A stretch of DNA of 63,550 bases, counting the filler, from Stramenopiles sp. TOSAG23-3 (Eukaryota): NCBI GenBank assembly GCA_900128585.1. It is 52 parts of 52 records of this genome, joined end to end, with 100 filler letters (N's around TTAATTAATTAA, not from the genome) between each part and the next. Parts side by side here need not be neighbours in the genome. Positions count along the whole stretch, not along the records: positions 11,119 to 12,250 come from LT646426.1; positions 12,351 to 13,482 come from LT646427.1; positions 13,583 to 14,713 come from LT646428.1; positions 14,814 to 15,944 come from LT646429.1; positions 16,045 to 17,174 come from LT646430.1; positions 17,275 to 18,404 come from LT646431.1; positions 18,505 to 19,634 come from LT646432.1; positions 19,735 to 20,863 come from LT646433.1; 44 more parts are not named here. One strand, 5' to 3'. Shown here piece by piece: positions 11,119 to 22,192 of this stretch (position 1 is its first letter; each line of letters begins with the position of its first letter). The notes under the pieces were generated by a model. That model was given only the letters and a program-made list of their open reading frames with translations, was not told the DNA's origin and ran no database searches. The translations under genes and the position numbers were made by a program.

Positions 11119-12163
11119 AGTTATCGTTTTGGTGGCAACGTTCATAATCCCACCGGTTGTTGACTGTGCGGCTCCGATTGCGCAACACATTTCAATAGCT
11201 GCGTCGCCAAATAAAGAATTAGTTATAAAACTCCGTGGGTATGATTCGGATGGGGATGTGTTGAAGGCGACGTTGTCTCCCGGAAACACGAATGCGGGAA
11301 AGGTTTATCAGCTGTCTCAAGTCTACAGTGACTACGGTTACGAACCAAAGACTGGGGACGTGATTAAATCTTCGTCGGAAGTGACTGGTAGCTCCAACCG
11401 AGTAGTTTTTTCGCCTGCCTCCAACACGGCAAAGCCGGGAAACGCCCCGTGGCGCGAGTTTACTTACGTAGTGAACGACGGGACGTCGGACAGCAACGTA
11501 GGGATCGTAAAGGTCGTGGGGTCTGACAAGGTCTTGATCGGTAGCTCATTCTCTGACGACGCTGAGTCGTGGACCGTGTCCCAAAATGGTGCCGGCGGGG
11601 TGGGCAGTTACCACGATACTAGCTCTCGGGGTCTTCTCAACCGCTACATATATTCAAAGGAGGATGAAATCCACGTAGACGCGAACGGCGACGATAGTAA
11701 ATTGTGGTATTTCAACGCGCCGAACAAATTCTTGGGGAATTTTATACACGCGTACGGAGGGAGGCTTGAGTTTACCTTGGGCTCCCAAAGTGGTGATTTT
11801 TCAAAGGCCAACCTGAACAAAGGGGGGGCTCTTCCCTTTGTAATTTTGGATTGTGCCACGTGCGACCAAGGGTCGGGCGTAAGGCTCGTAAAGTATTTGG
11901 GATCCGACTTAACATTCGATGGTAAAACGAAGAAATACAGTATACCATTGACACCAACGAGCGGTGGGTGGCTGAAGGACCCAAAAAACACACTATTTTC
12001 GTGGACGACGCCGAGTGATTGCGAAATGGTGGAACTTCTTGCCGGCCTCTCCAACGTCAGGATACTTGGTGATTTTACTCGTTGGCATGAAAGTGTAAGC
12101 CTAGATGAAGTCACCTGGAAGCATGGACCAGGGATTCCAATCAGCTGTTATGGAAAGTATTGA
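11119..12163 (+). CDS. Secreted protein with Ig/cadherin-like (Big_9-type) and laminin IV/laminin B domains
   Basis: LRGYDSDGD...FTYVVNDG; WYFNAPNKFLGN...YGGRLEFTL...LLAGLSNVRILGD...VSLDEV. Confidence 0.8.
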
Positions 12164-12351
12164 TTTCCATTTCTCTTTCTTTAGACACAAGAAATTAACT
12201 CTAGGGTGGCCGACATGCAAAGTATTTAAATGATAAAATAAAGCGGGGGGNNNNNNNNNNNNNNNNNNNNNNNNNNNNNNNNNNNNNNNNNNNNTTAATT
12301 AATTAANNNNNNNNNNNNNNNNNNNNNNNNNNNNNNNNNNNNNNNNNNNNG

Positions 12352-13338
12352 CCGTCCAAGAAAAGCAGGTTCACGTGGTTCATTGAACTAACGAGTGAAA
12401 AAATGCAGCGTGAGAAGAGCGATTTCATGAAAGAATGGGGGAAACTGGCGAAGAGGCTGCAGGGATTTTTGAAGGTGGGCTCTGTAAATTGCGATAGAGA
12501 AGAAAAGCTGTGCAAGCGTCTGCAAATACATAAATTTCCAACCTTTCTTCTTTTTCAAAAAGGGAAGCATACGGTGTACGAAGGGGCAGGAAACATCCCA
12601 GAGTTACAAGATTTTGCACTTGCTAAACTGGGTGGAAATATACACTACGTGTCATCGACGGCTGAGCTGCAACATTTCGTTAAAGCGATTTGCCCACGAA
12701 GAAGCATGTGGGGATGGTGCATTGTCTTAATTACGGACAAGAAGAAAAGCTCGCCGCTATTTCGAGCGTTTAGTGAACAATTTCATGGACAGTTAGCTTT
12801 TTCCCATGTATACACAACTGATGCGCAAAAGTTTTTTATGGGTGGTGCCATGGGGGCATCAATGGGACTAAACAACCAGCAGAGGAAGGCGCGAAAACGT
12901 CACAACAAAAAACATGGACCCTATGGCGGTGCACCGAAGGGAAGTGAAGGCTCCGGCTCAGACCTGTATGATATTCGAACTGGAGGGCAAGTCAAATCGC
13001 AGGCGTCCATGAGTTTTCCGCTGCCAACGTTGTTGGGGATGGCACCCACGGGCAGGCTGGATATGCCACTGCAATATCGAGGGGCTATTAATGCCCTCGA
13101 CCTATCGGATTGGCTTCATGAATTCCAATACATCATGCCCAATGGGCAAAATTTCCGAGATACTAAGGGTAAAGTCCCAAAGCTTGAAGGTTACAGTGCA
13201 ACTGAAGCGCCGCCATCACCACCATCTCCGCCGTCTTCGTGTGAAAATAGGGGTTCGGAAGCGAAAGAAGGCACTTGCAAATCAGACACTGCTTCGTCGC
13301 AGGAGGACGAGCCTATATTTGATAGTGAAGATTTTTGA
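12352..13338 (+). CDS. Thioredoxin-fold (PDI/ERdj-like) protein, C-terminal fragment, no CXXC visible
   Basis: EWGKLAKRLQGFLKVGSVNCD...LCKRLQIHKFPTF; second Trx-like unit LITDKKKSSPLFRAFS. Confidence 0.75.
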   Translation, partial: PSKKSRFTWFIELTSEKMQREKSDFMKEWGKLAKRLQGFLKVGSVNCDREEKLCKRLQIHKFPTFLLFQKGKHTVYEGAGNIPELQDFALAKLGGNIHYVSSTAELQHFVKAICPRRSMWGWCIVLITDKKKSSPLFRAFSEQFHGQLAFSHVYTTDAQKFFMGGAMGASMGLNNQQRKARKRHNKKHGPYGGAPKGSEGSGSDLYDIRTGGQVKSQASMSFPLPTLLGMAPTGRLDMPLQYRGAINALDLSDWLHEFQYIMPNGQNFRDTKGKVPKLEGYSATEAPPSPPSPPSSCENRGSEAKEGTCKSDTASSQEDEPIFDSEDF

Positions 13339-13382
13339 ATTTTTCTAGAGGAGCTAACCTTCACTTAATATAAGAATATATA

Positions 13383-13438
13383 AGCCAATTTTCTTGTTTT
13401 TATAAAAAACAAGAAAATTGGCTGTTATTTAAGTAATT
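13383..13438. repeat. Palindromic copy of dispersed ~30-bp element (19-bp arms, 3-nt loop)
   Basis: AGCCAATTTTCTTGTTTTT-ATA-AAAAACAAGAAAATTGGCT; same motif at 3545, 30210, 42544, 54888. Confidence 0.9.
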
Positions 13439-13582
13439 AAATTTAGCTTCGTCATACCCTAATCCTAACTTGGTTCTGTAATNNNNNNNNNNNNNNNNNN
13501 NNNNNNNNNNNNNNNNNNNNNNNNNNTTAATTAATTAANNNNNNNNNNNNNNNNNNNNNNNNNNNNNNNNNNNNNNNNNNNN

Positions 13583-13948
13583 CTTGGCAAGTGCGGGCTG
13601 GACGACAAGGCCTGCGCTGTGCTTGCCAATGCCCTCCCCGCAGTGACAGGGTTGAAAGAGCATGGCATTGACGGGCATTTTGACGAAATTCTAGGCTCCC
13701 CGATCACGAAGGACGTTCATTTGGAGCGAATATTCACGGAGCTCCACACGAACATAGCGCCAGAGGAGACCCTTTTCATTGGGGACGGGTTTACCGACTT
13801 TAAAACGGCTAGGAAAATGAACACCCATTTCTGTTTTCTGAAGCAAATGACGGATTGGAAGAATTACGAACAAGACATGGGCAGTGACATTGGGAACCAG
13901 ACCATATGCGACCATTGGGACGACGTTCTGGGAAGGATCGATTGTTGA
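13583..13948 (+). CDS. HAD-superfamily hydrolase C-terminal half preceded by one LRR-RI-like repeat
   Basis: FDEILGSP.TK...PEETLFIGDGFTDFKTA (HAD motifs III/IV); upstream LGKCGLDDKACAVLANAL. Confidence 0.8.
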   Translation, partial: LGKCGLDDKACAVLANALPAVTGLKEHGIDGHFDEILGSPITKDVHLERIFTELHTNIAPEETLFIGDGFTDFKTARKMNTHFCFLKQMTDWKNYEQDMGSDIGNQTICDHWDDVLGRIDC

Positions 13949-14372
13949 CTTTGAGAATGGACGCCGTTCCCATCGATAACAACGACGAGCGAAAAGAAAG
14001 GGTTGACGCCCACATCGACCGCAGTCGTTTTTTTCCCAGGAAATCCTTTCTCCTACAGTCGGCGGCATAATTCAGGAGAAACGTTTGCGAGATGCGACTA
14101 CTACTATTAGTTGATTAAAAAGATATCATCGTCGAAGAATCGAAAAAAGCCAAAAAAAGAAGAAGAAAAAGAAGAAGAAAGTAGTATTTTTATTTCATTT
14201 TTTATTTATTATAGAATGAACATAAACACAGCATTGGTTATCTTCCTAAAAACTATACCTTTAAATAAACATTTTATTATTTTTTACGGAAAAATGAAGA
14301 GACGACGAACGACACGAACTTTTAATGAATAATGCCCCTGCTGTGTTGATATCTTTCCTTCTTTCTTAGATT

Positions 14373-14408
<36 letters not shown>

Positions 14409-14587
14409 TATTTATTTAGTACAATATAAAGTACTCTAAATTATTAATACCCCCTATTAAACATGGTCCTTGTCATTTCGCGCCTTCTTCCTTCTTTCGT
14501 GTTTATATGTACTTAAATAATGATATTATGTAGTGTTTGATCGATTATATTCCTATCATAAAAACAGTTGATGCTTCTGAATCTTCT

Positions 14588-14620
<33 letters not shown>

Positions 14621-14713
14621 AAAAAAGGAATCTATAAAAAAGAAAGAAAGAAAAGAAAGGAATCTAAAAAAGAAAGAAAGAAAAGAAAGGAATCTAAAAA
14701 AGAAAGAAAGAAA
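14588..14713 (+). repeat. (GAAA)n and ~30-bp purine-rich tandem repeat
   Basis: AAGGAATCTA(A/T)AAAAGAAAGAAAGAA unit three times. Confidence 0.9.
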
Positions 14714-15691
14714 NNNNNNNNNNNNNNNNNNNNNNNNNNNNNNNNNNNNNNNNNNNNTTAATTAATTAANNNNNNNNNNNNNNNNNNNNNNNNNNNNNNN
14801 NNNNNNNNNNNNNGCGCAGCACCAAATTGTGATTGATGATGGAAAAAACATTTACTTATGCTATATACCTATTATTATATATATACTATAATCATAGTAC
14901 TATCGTATTAATACCATTATAGCAACGACTTGTGTGAAAAAAGGAGCGAACCGACCGACCGCACGAAGGAGGGAGGGGAAGGGAGGGCCTTTCTCTCTTC
15001 TCTCTCTCTCTTCTCTCTTCTCTCTTCTCTCTTCTCTAAATAATTAATAATAATAAAATATTTAATATTACATCCCCACAACAGGTAAACGCAGAGGGAA
15101 TAATTATTTATTATTTTATATTATTATTTATTAGAAAGAAGAAAGAGAAGAAGCAGGAAGAAGATGGGTGGATAATTTATTATTATTATTTTTTTATTTA
15201 TATTTTATCTTACCCCCTTCACTCTTATTATGCTACTGGTATATAAAGCTTATATTAAAAAAATAATCTATTATCTTCTTCTTCTATATTATTTTATTTA
15301 AAACCTTATTTTAATAATGTAATAATAGAGCTACTAAAAAAATATTATAATAAAAATAATAATAATAAAAATACAGTGTTACAGTATAATAATATAATAA
15401 TAATAAAAAAAAAATAATAAAAAAATAACAACATAGACTAATAAAAAAAAACTAAAAAATATTTTTATAAAATAATATGTAATTATGATTGATTTATTTG
15501 AAAACATTTTAATATATATATAAAGCTATTATAAAATAAAAATGATGTGCAGATTTAACGAAAAGAATTATACGGATTAGAACAACATAGTTAGTAAACA
15601 CGGGGTACATAGTTTTGTTTTTGTTCTCTTCTCTTCACTTAACCGGGTCCGAACGATCGAAAGGAAACCCCCTCCCACGGTAGGTTAAATA

Positions 15692-15944
15692 ATGTCCGGC
15701 GCCGCCGTTTCAAAAAAACGGAAAACTGGTGACACCGCCGGGAATAAGAAAAAACACAAAGCCCAAAAGGTGTCCTGGGAAGATATCAAGTTTGTCCAAA
15801 ATTTAATTGAACGATGCCTGCTGCAGTACATGACCCAGGCGGAAATAATCACAGCTCTTCAAGCACAGGCCAATATAGATCCAGCATTTACCTGCTTAGT
15901 GTGGGAAAAACTTTTGGACCAAAACCGTGACTTTTTCTATCTTT
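15692..15944 (+). CDS. TIGR01589 / A_thal_3526 (PF09713) domain protein, N-terminus
   Basis: IKFVQNLIERCLLQYMTQAEIITALQAQANIDPAFTCLVWEKLLDQNRDFF matches the family pattern. Confidence 0.88.
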
Positions 15945-16044
15945 NNNNNNNNNNNNNNNNNNNNNNNNNNNNNNNNNNNNNNNNNNNNTTAATTAATTAA
16001 NNNNNNNNNNNNNNNNNNNNNNNNNNNNNNNNNNNNNNNNNNNN

Positions 16045-16523
16045 AACGCAGTCCTGCCCGACGGATCCTGAAAATCAACTTCCAACTCAGTGTTCGCCCG
16101 TTTTCCCGCCAATTTGACAAGCATCGAGGCCTTTTCATACTCGTTTAGGCTCATCAGGTAGCTAAGGGCAGACGTTCCAGAGAAGCGCTTTCCACAGAGC
16201 CGCGCCCCGCTCCGCAGGCTCTCAAACGCGGGCCGAATTTTGTTGAAAAAGGAGATTTCGGCACGCACCACCTGCTCGATTTCTCCAGGTGGGAAGCCGT
16301 TCTCCTCAAGATGAACACTGATATCTGACTCGGGGACACCAGCCGATAACATTGAGAATGCGAGTTTGGCCATGGCGTCGGCGCGGCGGAGGCGCTCTTG
16401 TTGCCGTGCAGCCTTGGCCTTTTGCCACGCGCGAAATATGGCCATTCGACCATGGGGGCTATCTTTCCCCGCGGCTAGGACCTGGGGACCCGTGGCGTTT
16501 GTGTCGAGAAGGGATTGGACCAA
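16045..16523 (-). CDS. Hypothetical protein fragment (true start probably upstream, possibly spliced)
   Basis: 160-codon GC-rich open frame, divergent from the FAM221-like gene. Confidence 0.55.
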
Positions 16524-16765
16524 CTGTTATCCGAATGCGCAGGAAACCAGTCAGCGCGTGCCGATATACGCGACGCGCGTTCGGATGCTGGGCTGCGCTT
16601 CCCAGCTTTGGGGATTGAGCAAAGAAAAGGATGCATTATACGATCCAAAGGTACTTCTCGGGCTACATCGTCCCAGTACGGTGCAGGCTAGCAAAAGGGC
16701 TCTACCTTTTCCACAGATTCGTCACCAGAAGCCGCCATGCTGCAGATGAATTTCAGTATTATTTT

Positions 16766-16777
16766 TTTGGCGCGAAA
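16766..16777. promoter_or_regulatory. Overlapping bidirectional E2F-type site
   Basis: TTTGGCGCGAAA (reverse TTTCGCGCCAAA) within a T7/A7 palindrome between divergent ORFs. Confidence 0.5.
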
Positions 16778-16848
16778 AAAATATGGGATGGGCCGCAACC
16801 AAACGATCAAACGATCATCAGTGGAATCCTCATCTGGGGTTGGATTTC

Positions 16849-17174
16849 ATGTCTTCGGCGCTACCTCTTCAGCCTGGAGGCCCTCCTCCTCCCAGACCAG
16901 GTCCTCGAGCAATCACCAAGGCTACGGATGGGAAAAAGCCTGCGAAGCGGTACGACGTAATTTGGGAGTGCAACAAATGCAAAAAGCAGTGTTTGCCAAT
17001 ACGCGGCGAGAGTTGGTGCCTGTGCGGCCACAGACGCAAGGTTCACAAGCAGGTCATTGGCAAGGACGGGAAAATTAGTATCAAATGCACGTCACGTGCG
17101 CGTGGGAGCGGCGGAGGCAAATGCAAATGCGAGCACTTTTATTATATAGCCGCTCAAGGCGCTTGGATTTTGAG
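16849..17174 (+). CDS. FAM221-like Cys/His-rich protein, N-terminal part
   Basis: CLCGHRRKVH...C...CKCEHFYYI..QGAWIL. Confidence 0.7.
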
Positions 17175-17274
17175 NNNNNNNNNNNNNNNNNNNNNNNNNN
17201 NNNNNNNNNNNNNNNNNNTTAATTAATTAANNNNNNNNNNNNNNNNNNNNNNNNNNNNNNNNNNNNNNNNNNNN

Positions 17275-18404
17275 CCTTGGCCGAGGCGGTTTCGCCCTTC
17301 TCAACGACCACTTTGACGTCCGTAGCGTCCACTTGTACCACTGTATCCCCCTTCTGTATCGCACTCAACTCCACGGCATTGTCTTCGGATGCCTCCACCT
17401 TTTCCCATGGGTAAGCCATATTTTCAAAGTAGTGCAGCCATATGGTCAAACAAGAGAGGTAAAACGTGCAGCACAGCACGAAATTGACAACAACTAGACA
17501 GCACGTGAAAACCCCAAAATATCGTATCGCAGGCACCACTGAGACGATTGTAGCCCCAAATGCAAACGCGCTGGTAACGCTCGTGGTGAACATGGTTTCT
17601 ATTGCCCGCGACGATGCAAATGCAAGTCGAAGGAGTTTGCTGTGTTTCACATGAGAAACTACTCGCGACTGGGCAAGCGCATCTGTGAGAATGAACACGT
17701 CGTCGGCGCCAATTCCTAAGATAATGAACAAAGATATTACCTGCAAGGCCCCGAACAATTTGATCTGAAACACTACCCGGTAAACGAAAAAACAAACCGG
17801 AAACGACAACAAAACTTGAATCACGCCCGTAACCCCAAGAAACAAGGACCGCGTATGAACCGTTATAACAACAAAAATGAAAGTGGCACTCCCCCCAACG
17901 CAAGACAAATCCCCGCCAAGAATCTCGAGCACGGCATCCCAAAACGTGGCACCAAGCGTATAAAAAACCTGCAAGTGGCCAAGGCCAGCTTCCTTGAACT
18001 TGTCTTGGTACCCACGGACAAGTTTGTCCAGGTCTTCCATGTAGGGCTTGTATATTTTTTCTTGATCTTTCTCCCGATCATCTTTGTTCAGAAAACCTTT
18101 GAGTGGTAGACCGTGGCGCACATAACTTCTCAGCGCGTAAGAGATATTCTTGTCTCCCATATTGGCGTCAAAAAACCAGCTTGCATCGGCACCAAGAGAG
18201 GTCTCGCGTCCGTTCTTTAATTTCTTTCTGAAGGAAGCCAAAGCGCCTGCAAGCTCCGTTTGAGTCTTTGCGTTTCGCAGGTATGGGATGCATGACTGCA
18301 GAGGAGCGCACTCTTCCAAGCCCTTTTCCCGGAGGCAAAACTTTTTGTAATTTTCACTGGCCATTATTTCGTCCTCTATCTTCGCAATTTTGGCGATATT
18401 TTCC
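17275..18404 (-). CDS. Dispatched/Patched family sterol-sensing-domain membrane protein, internal fragment
   Basis: FIILGIGADDVFI (GxxxDD), MFTTSVTSAFAF, PAIRYFGVF. Confidence 0.92.
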
Positions 18405-18546
18405 NNNNNNNNNNNNNNNNNNNNNNNNNNNNNNNNNNNNNNNNNNNNTTAATTAATTAANNNNNNNNNNNNNNNNNNNNNNNNNNNNNNNNNNNNNNNN
18501 NNNNAATAAATAACGAAAGGCTCATATTTATAATATGATATTATAG

Positions 18547-18675
18547 AAAGAAAGAAAGAAAGAGAGGAAGAAAGGGGGAGAGAGAGAGAACAGAAAGAGA
18601 GAAAGAAAGAGAGAAAGAAAGAAAGAAAGAAAGAAAGGAAGAAAGAAAGAAAGAAAAAAGGGAGAGAAAGAGAGA
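18547..18675 (+). repeat. (GAAA)n/(GA)n purine microsatellite
   Basis: Direct reading. Confidence 0.9.
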
Positions 18676-18786
18676 TTTTTGTGTTTCATTTAATTTAGAG
18701 TGTGTTGGATTGGAAACGGTTTATTCACCGGATTAAGATTACGAGAGAAAATTGCTGTGGGAGGGAGGGGAGAAGGGATAAGCAAA

Positions 18787-19634
18787 ATGGTGGCGGGGTT
18801 TTGTTTCAACGTCATCCGTTTGGCAATGCTCGCTCTGACGTTTGTTTCTTACGCGTCGGGGTGGTACGACACGACGACGACCGTGAAAGGTTTGCATTCG
18901 CTGAAGAACAGTAGTCTCCCAAAGGCCCACAACCCGAAGGATGGACTGTTACTGATGAGAAAGCGGCAGCGCAGCGACGCGGAGGTGCTGCGGCTGCTGA
19001 ATACCATAAAAGCAAGGCAATCGAAAACCCCGAAGGAAAGACAGGAGCGATACGCACGAATGCTGGACCCGCCAATAATAGGACGGATGGCGCCTGGCGG
19101 CGGCCCATCGTCGGGGAACACCCTGGTTACTTTTTGGGGGACCAATTTTGAAGGAGGGTCCGTTTACAAGTGCCTTTTTGGGCGGTACACGGTGCGAGCC
19201 GCATATGACGTGGTGGACAAGACCATCGCATGCAGGTCGCCTCCGTTGGCGAAAACACGGTCCGCGAAGCCAGAAGTAGGCGTCACCGTTGTTATCTTTT
19301 CAAACTCTTCTCACGGGGTGCACCACAAGGCAAGCCATTATAGAAAATTTAAATACTACGAAGCCTCCAATGTAAACGCGGAGTTTTCCCACAAAAGCGT
19401 TAGCAGTGGCCCCATCAGCGGCGGGACCGTAGTCGCCGTGTACGGGCGGTGGCTGCACGACCGCGGGGGCTACAACTGCCGGTTTGGCAAATCGGTGGTC
19501 CCCGGGACTGTCCGCCACGCCGCCCCCGCCTTGGGCCACACCGATGAAGTGGTGGGGCGCGACAGCGAAGTCTCGGTTCACCAAGAGGACGTTTTTTACT
19601 ACCACAACCCCATGTTGGCGTTGGGGGTCATTGA
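18787..19634 (+). CDS. Secreted IPT/TIG-domain protein, N-terminal part
   Basis: Signal peptide; PGGGPSSGNTLVTFWGTNF...CLFG...CRSP; SGPISGGTVVAVYG...CRFG. Confidence 0.85.
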
Positions 19635-19734
19635 NNNNNNNNNNNNNNNNNNNNNNNNNNNNNNNNNNNNNNNNNNNNTTAATTAATTAANNNNNNNNNN
19701 NNNNNNNNNNNNNNNNNNNNNNNNNNNNNNNNNN

Positions 19735-20863
19735 CAAAGCACGGGTCCCAGCTTTGATGGCGGACTCCTTGCGGATGGAGGGGTTGGAAACCCTCCGCTT
19801 GCAAAAGTGTTACATGGAGGCAGTGCCCCGGTTCATCGACCGGTTCAAGTACCTGCGCCAGATCTCCCTGAACGACAACAAACTGTCCAGTCTTCCGGAA
19901 GAGATCGGGTTCGTAAAGGCCCTGAAATTTTTGTCCCTCGCCGGGAACAAGCTCATGAATCTTCCGGGGAGCATTGGCATGCTGAAGGATTTGGAACACT
20001 TGAACCTGGCCCGGAACCAAATCATTGCCCTCCCCGACTCCCTGTCCCGGTGCACGAAGATCACGGACCTGTACCTTTTTGACAACAAGATAGCAAGTTT
20101 GCCGACGCCGACCAAAGTGAAAGAGCTGTGGCCAAACCTTAGGCTGGTCAACTTGAGCAAGAATAGTATGGTTCACCTTCCGCCAGCGGTAGGTTCATGG
20201 AAGAAAGTCAGCCGCCTCGACCTGTCCGCCAACTTACTGGTCGACCTCCCCGATGAATTTTGCGACATGTCGTCCATCGACTCGTTGAACTTGGCGGACA
20301 ACCAGCTGACGCGCCTCCCCGAACAGTTCGGCAAGCTGAGGAGCCTGACCATCATTCACCTGGAACGAAACAATTTGAAGAAGTTGCCCGATAGCATATA
20401 CGATCTTCTGACTGTCCGAGAGCTAAACCTTTTCGGGAACCCAATGGAGCCCTTGGAGGACATTCCGCTGTGGAACTACGGCGACCCGATTCACCGGTTC
20501 AAGGATACGGCCAAAAAGATAGAGGAAGTCACCCCGGTGCCAATTTTGCGGTCGGAGCCAGGGGCAAAATCGACCGAGGGCATTCGGTTCATGAAAATAC
20601 TCTGCGACAACCATTTTAGCATCCAAGGGTGTCGCTACGGCGACTATTGCATGTTTTCCCACATCCCGCCCCCCTTGCCTGTCATCCCATACCAAAAGGA
20701 CAAAGAAAGCTTGGCCTTGGAAACGAGCAAAAAGAAAACGAAATATTATGGCCTGAAACATTCAAAGTATGCAGCGTTGTTTGAGGAATTCGGGAAAGAG
20801 CGAGAAAAGGCTGGCATCGATCACAACTGGAGGGAAAACGAAAAAGGTGAATACGACGATTAT
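19735..20863 (+). CDS. Leucine-rich-repeat protein with a CCCH zinc finger, internal fragment
   Basis: About ten LxxLxLxxNxLxxLP repeats followed by CDNHFSIQGCRYGDYCMFSH. Confidence 0.92.
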
Positions 20864-21733
20864 NNNNNNNNNNNNNNNNNNNNNNNNNNNNNNNNNNNNN
20901 NNNNNNNTTAATTAATTAANNNNNNNNNNNNNNNNNNNNNNNNNNNNNNNNNNNNNNNNNNNNTCAACACAAACTTACAACAAAAAATAACAAAATACCA
21001 TTTTCTAAAAATAATAGAAAAGACGACCGTCGTTGTTTTATTTTAAGTAAAAGGCTTTGATAGACACCTGTTCAATAAAGTGTTCAGTGTCCTTGGCGCG
21101 AAAAAAAATCCAACTCGATTTTCAAAGTATGGAAGCTTTCGGCCACAAAATGACAAACAAAAGCAAGGGGGACGCTAAAATACATAAGTTTAGATCAGAC
21201 AACCGCTCCTGTAACGACGTCCGCCCCTGAACGAACGTTTATAAATTGTTTGCCTTAAAATGACTTGGAATTGTGGTTCCTAGGGACAATTTTTTGTGAA
21301 ATGGGCGATTTAGACCAAACGCCACCGAACAAACACTTACGCATTCGTTGGTGTTGCTAAAACAATCCGTACGGGCATATTCTAAGCTATCTCAAATGAC
21401 ATTTGAGCGCTTAAAATAGTAAAAATTATCCTTTTTTCATAAAGACCTCTACGTTTGAAATAGTTAACACTAAGTCGTTTGCCATTTTTCAATTCCGCGC
21501 CAAAGACACTTGCATCCTTGCTCTCGTCCCAACGTCTCCTTCGAAATAATATTATATAGTATACAAAAATACTACTTATTTTTTTACCTATATATTAAAT
21601 ATTCCCCAAAAAACGACACCTCGTATTCAATGAATCCATCATCCACCATCGATCGTTCCCTTTTCATTTCGAATATGTACACACACTTTCACCCCGCCTT
21701 ACCGTTACCTTTACACATTATTTACACACGCTT

Positions 21734-22090
21734 TTACGCGTTCCCACCTTGTCGCTTTGATACAGGGCGTCGCTTCTTTTTGTCAAACACCATCCATTTC
21801 GTTATCGCAGACTGTTTCCGCCTATCTTTCCCCAGCGAGAGCTTGTACTTTCTTCTTTTCCTTTTGACTCGAGCCATGGCGGGGTCGGGAGAAGGTGGTC
21901 CCCTGTCCGGGGACGATGCAGCCTTCGTGCGTTTTCGGTTGCGTGGACGCTCCTCTACCGCATCCGTTCGCACCGACCGCTTCGGACTTCTCCGCTTAGG
22001 CTTGGAAGGCCTTTGGTATTCGTAATATTTTTCCTGCTCCTCTTCGCTGCCGTAGTCATCACCGCTTCGACAGTCCCGATTCTCTGCCGA
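21734..22090 (-). CDS. C-terminus of a basic nuclear protein with a PIP-box-like motif
   Basis: Frame open to contig edge; KQSAITKWMVFDKKKRR; several NLS-like clusters. Confidence 0.6.
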   Translation of the reverse strand, partial: SAENRDCRSGDDYGSEEEQEKYYEYQRPSKPKRRSPKRSVRTDAVEERPRNRKRTKAASSPDRGPPSPDPAMARVKRKRRKYKLSLGKDRRKQSAITKWMVFDKKKRRPVSKRQGGNA

Positions 22091-22192
22091 GGNNNNNNNN
22101 NNNNNNNNNNNNNNNNNNNNNNNNNNNNNNNNNNNNTTAATTAATTAANNNNNNNNNNNNNNNNNNNNNNNNNNNNNNNNNNNNNNNNNNNN

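Noticed and set aside
14111-14765. Lys/Glu/Arg-rich ORFs
   Set aside because: Translations of purine microsatellites
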